Source: Rebecca billardiae RCC1528 (Eukaryota; Protista; Haptophyta). Taken from it: a DNA stretch of 64,000 bases. The notes beneath the pieces were generated by a model, which saw only the letters and a program-made list of their open reading frames with translations, made no database searches and was not told the origin of the DNA. Where the stretch lies: positions 2,666,001 through 2,730,000 of the forward strand of contig OZ251224.1 in NCBI GenBank assembly GCA_965240325.2, written 5' to 3'. This document shows positions 55,059 through 64,000 of the stretch, piece by piece. Both the position numbers and the translations under genes were made by a program. Numbering within the stretch: the first letter of the stretch is position 1; the number at the start of each line of letters is the position of its first letter.

Positions 55059-57236
55059 ATGCTTGCTTGGGCCGCGTGGGCGCACGCGCTCGTCGCGGCG
55101 GCCACGTCATGCAGTGGTGCGCGCAACTGCATGTTCTTCTCCGAGGTCTTTGATGGGGCGCCCCTCAGCTACAGGTACGTGGAGGTTGTCAACCTCTGCG
55201 ACTCGGTCCAGGCGACGCGCGAGTACATGCTGCGCATCTGGCACGCGGACGGCGAGACAAGCGCGCTTCAGAATGACTTTGAGGTCAACCCGGGCGAGAC
55301 CTTTGCCTACTTCGCGGGAGAGCGAGGCACGATCGCGAACGATGCCTTCCGCATATCCTACCGCGTCACCGCGCTCGTCGACCAAGACGGCTCCGGCGCC
55401 ATGACGGAGCGCTACGCGCTCATGCGCGACAGCGTCGTGATCGACATGATCGGCCCGAGCGACTCGGCTGCGGACATGGCGAATGGTATCACGGTGGCCG
55501 GAGTCGGCGACGCGCTCACGAACGCAAAGGCGGTGCGCAAGGCGATGGTCACGCACGGCAACTGCGGCGACTGGGCTCGCTCGGCAGGTGTCGACCAGGC
55601 GAGCTCGGAGTGGCTACTCTTCCCGAGCGACGCTGCGGACGTCGATGAGACGCTCGGCGGCCACCAAACGGCGGGCCCGCCATCGCCGCCGCCCGCACCG
55701 CCGCTCCCGCCGTCGCCCGCGGGCGGCCGGTGCTACGGCGGCTGCCTCTTCTTCAGCGAGTACTACGAGGGCGAGCTGGACGAGGACGCCTACTTCGAGG
55801 TCTTCAACGCGTGCGACGAGCCGATCGAGCTGCAGCGAGTGGAGATCAAGTACTGCGTCAGCCCGGGCTGCGCGGCCAACAGGTGGGCGAACCGCCGCGA
55901 CCTGGGCGCGGGCACGCTGGCACCCGGGCACACGTACCTGGTCGCCGGCTTCGGCGCGCGCTCCCAGATCCTCGCCCTCGCCGACGCCGTCTGGTCCGAC
56001 CTGCCCGACGGCGACGACGCGCTCAGCCTGTGGTGGAAGCACGGAGACGTGCTCGTCGATCAGATCGGCCGCACAGGGGTCTGGGACCAGGCGGCTTGGG
56101 ACGTGGCCGGCGTGTCGGGCGGCGCGCGGGACCACCGGCTGGTGCGCAAGCCGAGCGTCTCGTGGGGCAACTGCGGCGGCTGGTCGAGCTCCGCCGGCAC
56201 GACCAGCGACAACTCGGAGTGGTACGTGTGGGGCACGGCCGAGCTCACAGCCCTCGGCCACCACGAGTGCGAGGGCTGCCCGACGCCCGCGGTGCCGAGC
56301 GCTGGTGGCGAGGGGGAGGGCGGCAGCAGTGCTGATGGGGGCGGTGGCGGTAGTGGCGACGACGACGACGACGGTGACGACGATGATTCGAGCGCGCCAG
56401 GCACGGCCGACGCCCCGGCCCTCGTCGCCCCGGCCGGGCAGCTCACGCTGATCCTCGTCTCGTCAGCGCTGAGCGTGCTCGTGTCGCTCGTGCTCACGTG
56501 TGCGTGCTGCTACTTGAACCGGCGGTGCCCGTGGTACAAGCTCAGGCAGGTGAAGCAAAACACCGTGAGCGCGACGATCGTCACAGAACCGACGCTGGAG
56601 GGTGTCGAGGTGCGCCGCGAGCCCGCGCGCGCCTTCTCCGCCGGTCCGCAGCGGCGGCTGACCAGAACCGGGGCCGCCCCTGCGCGCCTCGCTTGCGCAC
56701 AGATTGCGGCGCTGCCCATCGCGGCGGTGCCAACAGCTGTGGGCGCCGAGGCGGGGTTCAGTCCGAATTACGACGCCAGGCCGATCAGCGCCGCGCGCGA
56801 CCCCTCCGCTGGGCCCACCACGGCGCCCCTGCGCTGGCCGCCAGAACCGTCGCCCGCCCCCGGCCCAGTGGGAGCGGCGGCTCACGAGCCGGCAGCTGCT
56901 GCTGCGTGGAGCGAGCGAACGGCTGCGTACGTGCCCACTGCTTCTGTGGTGGAGGCCCCAGCACGTCCCCTGGCGGAGCCCAACCCCTTCTGGATGGACG
57001 ACAATCCTTTCCATCTGGACGCCTCTGGCCCGCCCGGCAGCGCTGGGCCGCTGTCACATGGTCAGGGACAAGCCCAGCTGCAGCATCGGAGGCCCCACGG
57101 TCCCCAGACTGAGACTCAAGCGCAGAGGCCTGGGGATGCCGCAGTTGGGATTGCTGCCGTCGAAGGAGCGCGTGACGCCATTGTCGTCGCCAATGCGACG
57201 CCGAACAGTGGCGGCATGCTTGAGCTGTCGGTGTAG
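55059..57236 (+). CDS. Type I membrane protein with two tandem lamin-tail-like (LTD) extracellular domains, 2 exons
   Basis: Signal peptide. Two repeats FFSE..G....Y(V/F)EV.N...DQIG...VAGV....VRK...GNCG.W..SAG....SEW....LG.H. Pro-rich linker. TM LILVSSALSVLVSLVLTCACC. In-frame intron about 56610-56702. Confidence 0.8.
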   Translation: MLAWAAWAHALVAAATSCSGARNCMFFSEVFDGAPLSYRYVEVVNLCDSVQATREYMLRIWHADGETSALQNDFEVNPGETFAYFAGERGTIANDAFRISYRVTALVDQDGSGAMTERYALMRDSVVIDMIGPSDSAADMANGITVAGVGDALTNAKAVRKAMVTHGNCGDWARSAGVDQASSEWLLFPSDAADVDETLGGHQTAGPPSPPPAPPLPPSPAGGRCYGGCLFFSEYYEGELDEDAYFEVFNACDEPIELQRVEIKYCVSPGCAANRWANRRDLGAGTLAPGHTYLVAGFGARSQILALADAVWSDLPDGDDALSLWWKHGDVLVDQIGRTGVWDQAAWDVAGVSGGARDHRLVRKPSVSWGNCGGWSSSAGTTSDNSEWYVWGTAELTALGHHECEGCPTPAVPSAGGEGEGGSSADGGGGGSGDDDDDGDDDDSSAPGTADAPALVAPAGQLTLILVSSALSVLVSLVLTCACCYLNRRCPWYKLRQVKQNTVSATIVTEPTLEGVEVRREPARAFSAGPQRRLTRTGAAPARLACAQIAALPIAAVPTAVGAEAGFSPNYDARPISAARDPSAGPTTAPLRWPPEPSPAPGPVGAAAHEPAAAAAWSERTAAYVPTASVVEAPARPLAEPNPFWMDDNPFHLDASGPPGSAGPLSHGQGQAQLQHRRPHGPQTETQAQRPGDAAVGIAAVEGARDAIVVANATPNSGGMLELSV

Positions 57237-57427
57237 GCAGTAGTCTGTGTAGCTAGCACGGAGTCCGGAACATATATCGCCATATATATAGCGAGCGCAG
57301 TAGCCAGTATAGTGCCACGTATACGGCCTGCTGCTGAGCTAGTGCCTGATCATCAGGCAGAGGCGCCGAGCTCAGAGACCGAGAGGCAGCGGGCGAACTG
57401 GACTACTGACGATACATCATCCGAAAA

Positions 57428-57461
57428 CTCTCTCTCTCTCATCTCTCTCTCTCTCTCTCAC

Positions 57462-57507
<46 letters not shown>

Positions 57508-57512
57508 CTCTC
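57428..57512. repeat. Imperfect (CT)n microsatellite followed by a (TGA/GAT)-rich tract
   Basis: Direct reading. Confidence 0.9.
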
Positions 57513-57626
57513 TGATGACGATAATGCTGACGATGATGAGTGACGACACTGATATGATGACGACGATGAGGATGAGTGATGAGTGTGCCCGGACGCCTGA
57601 CGATGCCGCGGATGTCAAGTGTACTC

Positions 57627-59204
57627 TTAGGCTGCGGGTCCCTGATGCCGCCACGCGTTGCAGTACGGCTTGTGCGTCTTCCACGCCAGCCGCAGGTGGT
57701 CGTGCGAGCAGAACACCGCCACGTGGCATCGGTCGCACTTCTTCAAGATGCGACGGTCCGTCTTGGCACACACGAGGCAGCACTTGGACACCACCTCGGG
57801 ATCCGCCGCAAACGCGGGGGCGACGAGCACTTTACAGACGTCGAGAGTGCTGTCGAGCTCGTGCCCACGGTGCAGCAGCCGCGCGCCCTCCACCACGTCG
57901 CGCTCCACGCCCTGGCCTACCAGTACTTGCAGTCCAAGCAAGAAATGAGCGCGTGGCTCATCACCGCCAGCAGCCAGCCGATACCAGCGCGCCGCCTCGG
58001 CCAGATCCAGCGGCACGCCCTTGCCAGACTGGTAGCATGTGCCCAGATCGAACTGTGCGGGTGCGTAGCCCTGCTCGGCAGCACGCCGGTACCAGCGCAC
58101 CGCCTCGGCCATGTCCCGCGGCACGCCCTTGCCCTTCTCGCAGCACTTTCCAAGATTGCACTGCGCAGTTGCTTCGCCCTGCTCGGCCGCCAGCCGACAC
58201 CAGCGCACCGCCTCGGCCGTGTCATGCCGCACGCCCTCGCCCTTCAGGGAGCACGCGCCAAGATTGTTCTGCGCGCCTTTGTGGCCCTGCTCGGCAGCCA
58301 GCCGGAACAAGCGCAACGCTTCGGCAGTGTCCTGCGGCACGCCCCTGCCATACTCGTAGCAGCAGCCCAGGTTGAACTGCGCATCTGCGTCACCCTGCTC
58401 GGCTGCCAGTCGGTACCAGCGCACCGCTTCTGCCATATCCTGCAGCATTCCCAGGCCCTGCTCACAGCACACGCCCAGGTTGTGCTGCGCGGGTGCGTGG
58501 CCCTGCTTGGTGGCCATCCGGTACCAGCGCACCGCCTCTGTCTTATCCTGCGGCACGCCCTCGCCCTTCTCGAAGCACACGCCCAGGTTGAACTGCGCAT
58601 CTGCGTGGCCCTGCTCGGCCGCCAGCCGGTAGCAGCGCGCCGCCTCGGCCACATCCTGCGGCGCGCCGTCGCCATTCTCGCAGCACACGCCCAGGTTGAA
58701 CTGCACATCTGCGTCGCCCTGCTCGGCTGCCAGCCGGTACCAGCGCAACGCCTCGGCCATGTCCTGCGGCACGCCCGCGCCCTCCTTGCAGCAGGAGCCT
58801 AGGTTGAACTGCGCATATGCGTAGCCCTGCTCGGCTGCCAGCCGGTACCAGCGCACCGCCTCGGCCATGTCCTGCGGCACGCCCTTGCCAATCGTGCAGC
58901 AACCGCCCAGTTTGCACTGTGCATATGCGTTGCCCTGCTCGGCCGCCAGCCGATACCAGTGCACTACCTTGATGGCGTCCTGGCCCAGTCCAAGCTCGCC
59001 CCGATCATGACCGTCGCCAAGCGCGAGCTGAGCATCCACCAGCCCACGCTCGGCGGCGAGGTGGTACAGGCGCGACGCCTCGCGCTCGTTCCGAGCGACG
59101 CCGTCTCCACGTGCGAAGCGAACAGCCAGGAGGTACGTGGCACGCGCGTCACCCCGTGCCGATCTGCGCTGAAGCAGCTTCACCGCGGCGCTGCCTTCGT
59201 CCAT
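57627..59204 (-). CDS. Sel1-like repeat (12 units) + C-terminal MYND zinc-finger protein, paralogue B, intronless
   Basis: Same architecture as 49261-50718, with near-identical N-cap, C-cap and MYND finger. Confidence 0.92.
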   Translation of the reverse strand: MDEGSAAVKLLQRRSARGDARATYLLAVRFARGDGVARNEREASRLYHLAAERGLVDAQLALGDGHDRGELGLGQDAIKVVHWYRLAAEQGNAYAQCKLGGCCTIGKGVPQDMAEAVRWYRLAAEQGYAYAQFNLGSCCKEGAGVPQDMAEALRWYRLAAEQGDADVQFNLGVCCENGDGAPQDVAEAARCYRLAAEQGHADAQFNLGVCFEKGEGVPQDKTEAVRWYRMATKQGHAPAQHNLGVCCEQGLGMLQDMAEAVRWYRLAAEQGDADAQFNLGCCYEYGRGVPQDTAEALRLFRLAAEQGHKGAQNNLGACSLKGEGVRHDTAEAVRWCRLAAEQGEATAQCNLGKCCEKGKGVPRDMAEAVRWYRRAAEQGYAPAQFDLGTCYQSGKGVPLDLAEAARWYRLAAGGDEPRAHFLLGLQVLVGQGVERDVVEGARLLHRGHELDSTLDVCKVLVAPAFAADPEVVSKCCLVCAKTDRRILKKCDRCHVAVFCSHDHLRLAWKTHKPYCNAWRHQGPAA

Positions 59205-59373
59205 CTGTACGTGCGGCTCCTTGAGGTTCTGCGTCGAGGCGCAGGCGTGTGCGCGAAGACCGTTGGGCGGGCGCTGTCCATGGGTAGGTCAGAAATCTCC
59301 GCTAAATCAGGGTCCGGGAAACCACTCCGGGGGCGCCGAGCGAGGTGGATGATGCCGTTCACGGACACTTTCA

Positions 59374-60503
59374 CAGGGGCGTTCCCGGGCTCCTGCCACA
59401 CGCTCCGCGAGGGGTTTTGGCCCCCGGGGGGGGCCAAAACCCCTCCGGACTGGCGCTGCGCCAGTGGCGGCCGCCAACCCGGACTGCGGCGCACCAGCGC
59501 TTGGCGCGCGCGCGGCGCGGCGCGCTGCGGCCGTCGAGTTGCCGTGCGAAGGCGGGGCGTTGCGTGCGTGGCATCTGAACGCTGCCATGCTCCGCACTGC
59601 GCCCCGCAGCTCGCTCCTCGTCGACTTGACCGCGCCTACGATCAGCGCGCATGCGAGCGTCGCCTCGGAATGAGCAGCACGCGCCGGCCTCAGCTGTGAG
59701 CGCCCGCCTGGCGCGCGATGCTGTCAACTCGGGGCACGAGCTGCGGCTGAGCGAGGAAGCATGTGCCTGCGCGCAAGCCGCGCCGCCTTGAGACACCGAT
59801 CGTGAGGATGGCATGCACCTTGCACGCAACTATTCTTCTTGCCCTTGCGAATGTTGCGCTGCCCTTGAATGGACTCCTCATCAGAGCAACTACTCAAGCA
59901 TGGCATGACGGCAGCCACGCGCGCAGGCGATGCATGGATGTACACGAGTCACTGCGCGCACACGCAACCCGAAGACTCCTATTCATCGCTTCAGGGCGCT
60001 CACGGTCTGTTGTTTCATCTCCACTGCATGCAAGGCTCGTGCAGGCTGATCGGCATTCGTTGACAGCCGTCTGAAGCTGCATCAACGCGCACGATCGATG
60101 TCTCAAGGCGGCGCGGCTTGCGCGCAGGCACATGCTTCCTCGCTCAGCCGCAGCTCGTGCCCCGAGTTGATCGCATCGCGCGCCAGGCGGGCGCTCACGG
60201 CTGAGGCCGGCGCGGGCTGCTCATTCCGACGCGACGCTCGCATGCGCGCTGATCGTAGGCGCGGCAAAGTCGACGAGGAGCGAGCTGCGGGGCGCAGTGC
60301 GGAGCATGGTCGTGTTCCGGTGCCACGCAAGCAACGCGCCGCCTTCGCACGGCAACTCGACGGCCGCAGCGCGCCGCGCCGCGCGCGCGCCAAGCGCCCA
60401 TCGACGCCAGCGCGCCTTCGCGCCAAGCGCGTTTTCATTTTCCGCGCTTTGTTTTCGCGCGTGAGTTTTTATTGGCGCATGACCCGCGCGGGGAACGCCC
60501 CTG
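59374..60503. mobile_element. Second foldback/MITE-like element: short outer inverted repeats, GC hairpin and 308-bp internal inverted arms
   Basis: CAGGGGCGTTCCC (59374-59386) / GGGAACGCCCCTG (60491-60503). 17-bp stem hairpin 59409-59445. Arms 59497-59804 and 60090-60397 around a 285-bp spacer. No target duplication found. Confidence 0.65.
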
Positions 60504-60660
60504 AGGAAGTCAATGTCATCACAGGGACAGCGTAACAGTATTAGTAGTAGTAGGGACTCTGGCGAGTTCACTCTTCTTCCTCACACAGGTCATCATACGA
60601 TGACAGCCAACGCATATCGTATCGCGCCATCACTGGATAGAGTCATCATCGTCGTCGTCG

Positions 60661-62733
60661 TCACACGAAGCTGGCGCCCAGCTGCCTGTTCCACGCCTCG
60701 TACTGCCCGAGCGAGGCGGCCGGCACGCTCGGCTTGATCACGTGCAGCGCCCTCGCAAAGTCGACCTTCTCGATCGGCCGGATAGCCTCGAGCTCCGCGC
60801 TGTAGATGTCGCTGCCAAGCTCGCGCACGGGCCCCATGGCCGCCTCGCGGCACAGGTTGGCCAGGTCCGACCCAGAGTAGCCGTCCGTCATCTCGGCGAG
60901 CTCCCGGAGCTCAGCGTCGCCAAACTCGCGCCCCTGCTTGCGCATCATGTTGCTGATGAGCGAGGCGCGCGCGTCGGCCGAGGGGAGAGGGATGTACACG
61001 CGCTTGGTCAGCCGGCGCACCGCCGCGTCGTCGAGCTCCTGCGGCCTGTTCGTCGCGCCCATCACGAGCACGCGCGCCGCGTCCGCGCCGTGCGAGAGCA
61101 CGCCGTCGAACTGCACGAGGAACTCCGTCTTGAGGCGGCGGCTCGCCTCGTGCTCTGAGGAGGAGCGCGCGGTCAGGATCGAGTCGATCTCGTCGATGAA
61201 GATGACGGAGGGCTGCTTCTGCGCGGCCACGGCGAAGAGCGCGCGCACGAGCTTCTCGCCGTCCCCGAACATCTTCGACGTGAGCGACGACGCGGAGATC
61301 GAGAAGAACGTCGCCCCGGATTCGGCCGCCACCGCCTTTGCCAGCAGAGTCTTGCCCGTGCCGGGCGGTCCAAACAGCAGCAGCCCGCGCGGCGGCGCGC
61401 GCAGCCCGGTGAAGATCTCCGGGCGCAGGGCGGGCAGGATGACGATCTCGCGCAGTGTGGCCTTGGCCTCGTGTAGCCCGGCTGCGTGCGTGGCGGGCAG
61501 GCACGCGGCCGCCGCGGGTGGGGAGACCGGCGGTTGCGCGCACAGTCGGGGCGGGGAACAACGGTCAGCGGCGGGCGCGCGTGCGCGGAGGCGGTGGCGC
61601 GCCATCACGCGCGCCTCGGGCTCAATCAGCGGTGCGCGGGCTTGGGGGCTGCGTACACGCTCGCGCACGCGCGCACCAATGTCGTCCCAGCCGACGGCGG
61701 GGCTGCGATCGACGATGTCCCCCATGATCATCTTCGCCATCGCCGGGTCGACACCCTGGAGCGCGTTGGGGTCTGCGACCGGCTTGTCGCGGTTGCTGCC
61801 ATTCTGCCCGCGGCCCGTGGGCGCGCCGGCCGACGAGCGGCGCGCACCCGCCCGTGCGTGCATGTCCGAGGAGCTGTGCCGGCGCAGCGGCGCGACAAAC
61901 CCCGGCGACGAGCGCTTCCGGATGCCGCTGCTCTCGCCCGCCGCCCGGGCGGCGATCGGGCCGCTGCCCCCCGTGATGCCTCCCGGCCTGAACGGTGGGC
62001 GCGCGCCGCCGTGCGCGTGGGCGCGCAGCGCCGACGGCGACTTGTGGGGGCTCGCGCGCACGGATGCGCCGATCGACGACTTGCGCTCGGGCTTCGCTGG
62101 AGACGCAAGCGGCGCCGGCGCGTGCGCGCGCTCGTCACGCGCCGAGCTGCCCGGCGTGCTCGCCCTGCTCGGGGCCGCGCTCGGTGGCGGCTGCGCGCAG
62201 TGGCTTGCCTTTGCCATGATCTCGTCGGCTGCGCCCTTGAGCAGTGGCGCGCATGGCGCTGGAGCGACGTTGGGACGCGTGCTCGGCATGAGGACTGACC
62301 CGGCCCGCGGCGGAGCCTCGCCCATCTCGCCGATGGTGGTGACTGGCGGCGCCGCAGGCGCATCGACGGCCGGCGCGGAAGTAGGCGTGCCGGCCGACTG
62401 GGCGTCGTTGACCGTGGGCGTGGTGTCCGCCGGCATGGCATCGCAGCTCACGTCGGTCGAAAGGGCGGTCGTCCCTTCGGGCCGAGGCGCGCCGACATCC
62501 ACCTCGTCGTCCACGACGTCCGCGCTGCCAGCCTGCGTGGACGCATGCGCCAGGAAGTCCTCTCGGCCGCGCGCGGATCGCAGCTCGAGCAGCTTGTTCA
62601 CAATCGCCTCGGACTTGAGGTTGGCTCTGATGGCGTGCCTCTTCGCAAGCCGCTGGAGCTCTTTCCTGCCGAGCATGAGCACGAGCGCCCCTTGGGGCGG
62701 CAGCGCTAAGAGGTCGTCGTCGCACGCCGTCAT
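60661..62733 (-). CDS. Spastin-like microtubule-severing AAA ATPase (meiotic clade) with N-terminal SAP-like motif, 2 exons
   Basis: VGWDDI|[73 protein letters not shown]. In-frame intron about 61482-61677. Confidence 0.9.
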   Translation of the reverse strand: MTACDDDLLALPPQGALVLMLGRKELQRLAKRHAIRANLKSEAIVNKLLELRSARGREDFLAHASTQAGSADVVDDEVDVGAPRPEGTTALSTDVSCDAMPADTTPTVNDAQSAGTPTSAPAVDAPAAPPVTTIGEMGEAPPRAGSVLMPSTRPNVAPAPCAPLLKGAADEIMAKASHCAQPPPSAAPSRASTPGSSARDERAHAPAPLASPAKPERKSSIGASVRASPHKSPSALRAHAHGGARPPFRPGGITGGSGPIAARAAGESSGIRKRSSPGFVAPLRRHSSSDMHARAGARRSSAGAPTGRGQNGSNRDKPVADPNALQGVDPAMAKMIMGDIVDRSPAVGWDDIGARVRERVRSPQARAPLIEPEARVMARHRLRARAPAADRCSPPRLCAQPPVSPPAAAACLPATHAAGLHEAKATLREIVILPALRPEIFTGLRAPPRGLLLFGPPGTGKTLLAKAVAAESGATFFSISASSLTSKMFGDGEKLVRALFAVAAQKQPSVIFIDEIDSILTARSSSEHEASRRLKTEFLVQFDGVLSHGADAARVLVMGATNRPQELDDAAVRRLTKRVYIPLPSADARASLISNMMRKQGREFGDAELRELAEMTDGYSGSDLANLCREAAMGPVRELGSDIYSAELEAIRPIEKVDFARALHVIKPSVPAASLGQYEAWNRQLGASFV

Positions 62734-63135
62734 GTGAGCAGCAGAAGCGGGCGTGCCGCGTGCGTGTTGGAGGGTTGGGCGTGATCGCCAAAGAGGCGTT
62801 TCGGCGGCGGCTTGCCCGTCCGGACGCCCGTTTTGTTTATTCATTCCGGGTTTCGTTGTCCGGTAACACCGGTCCCGCACTCCCGCTGCAACCTCGGACC
62901 AGAGGTACCCGCAGCCCTCCTGTTGCCCTCGCATGCCAGCGCGCGGCCACGCGTCGCGCTCCGATTGGCGCGGCGCATTCCGAGCCGGCAAGGCTGCCGT
63001 TTGCATTACTCTGCTCGTGAGCACTCGGTCTCAGTGTCGGACTCGGTGTTTCGGCTTTCGGCGACTTTCGGCGTGGAGACGGCCATCCGTCTCATCCCGC
63101 CGACATCCGAGTCAGACCGAGAGTGGCGGGAGCCG

Positions 63136-64000
63136 TCACGCTTCTGGCGGAAGCTGCGCTGAGGCCGGTCTGCCCGAGAGGCTCGCGCTCGTAGCAGCGC
63201 CGCTGTCGTCTGCACGGCTCGCGCGCTCGTCGGGGAAGAGCTCCTCCGGCTCGGCGCGCGCACCCGGCGGCGGCGTCTCCCCGTCCAAGCCATCCACCTC
63301 GCCGGTGGCGGTATCGACGTGCCACTGCGTCAGGTAGTGCGAGTACCCGCCCAGGGCGAGCTCGGCGCGCACGCGCTCCATCTCGCTCTCCACGTAGGCG
63401 GCGCGGTCCTTGAACTCCTCCAGCGCACCGCGCGCGTCCGCCTCCTGCTCCACCAGCTCACGGAGCAGCGCCTCGCGCATCTGCTCGTCGACCACGGTGC
63501 GGCGCGACCGCTCCTCGGCCGCGGGCGCGCCATCCGCCTCCATCTGCCTCACGATGAGCGCCGCTCGCTTGCTGGGCGAGGGGCGGCTGGCGTTCGGGTC
63601 GATGGGCTCGGCCACTCGCATCCCCTTCATCTCATTGCGCACCGTCTCCATGCGCTGCGTCGCCACCGCGAACGTGTCCGCCCCGAGGAGATGGGCGACC
63701 GCTTGCTCGCCAGCTGGCAGGTCGGGGCCAAACGGGACGGGCTCAGGCTCGTCGTCGTTGGGGTCCTCCTCGTCGACGATGGCTGAGGGCCAAGGGGCGG
63801 CCTCGAACGCCTCAGCGACCGTGGTTGCCTTCTCGATGACCTGATCCGCCTGTGCCGTCGCCTCCGCGACGAGCTTGGACTTTGGGCGCGCCGGCGGGCC
63901 GCGCGGCGCCCGCGTCGGCCGGCTCGGATGGAACAGCCCCGGCAGCTGCTTGCGGAGCTGGTTCTCCTGCTTCGCCGCCTTGCGCAGGAAGTCGTGCCGC
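63136..64000 (-). CDS. 3' part of a hypothetical coiled-coil protein (starts beyond the window)
   Basis: Frame of ORF 63136..63666 stays open to the window end (RHDFLRKAAKQENQLRKQL...). Confidence 0.6.
   Translation of the reverse strand, partial: RHDFLRKAAKQENQLRKQLPGLFHPSRPTRAPRGPPARPKSKLVAEATAQADQVIEKATTVAEAFEAAPWPSAIVDEEDPNDDEPEPVPFGPDLPAGEQAVAHLLGADTFAVATQRMETVRNEMKGMRVAEPIDPNASRPSPSKRAALIVRQMEADGAPAAEERSRRTVVDEQMREALLRELVEQEADARGALEEFKDRAAYVESEMERVRAELALGGYSHYLTQWHVDTATGEVDGLDGETPPPGARAEPEELFPDERASRADDSGAATSASLSGRPASAQLPPEA

Overview
Very GC-rich, gene-dense eukaryotic nuclear DNA with short GC-rich GT-AG introns. This style suggests a haptophyte-like alga (inference, not demonstrated). 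About 24 protein-coding genes are supportable: a CAMKK-type kinase fused to an inositol-polyphosphate kinase, a Pif1 helicase carrying an RNase H1-type hybrid-binding domain, VPS54, a phospholipase-B-like SGNH lipase, a RUN-PX-Rubicon-homology protein, HSBP1, a Dispatched-like RND transporter, CCT4, a double-dsRBD protein, an ankyrin protein, a fucosyltransferase-like protein, a CDPK-like kinase, a lamin-tail-domain surface protein and a spastin-like AAA ATPase. The right half carries many repeats and non-autonomous elements: a 2975-bp foldback element with ~900-bp arms and a TAT target duplication, ~100 bp upstream of the dsRBD gene; a head-to-tail dimer of a ~1.45-kb element with Helentron-like termini; a second foldback; a 418-bp tandem duplication; a perfect 28-bp hairpin; and long (TA)n and (CT)n tracts. 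The strongest candidate for an undescribed system is a pair of intronless Sel1-repeat/MYND-finger paralogues with near-constant caps but non-corresponding, position-specifically variable internal repeats, each directly next to a mobile-element-like structure. All calls were made by eye; no database searches were run.
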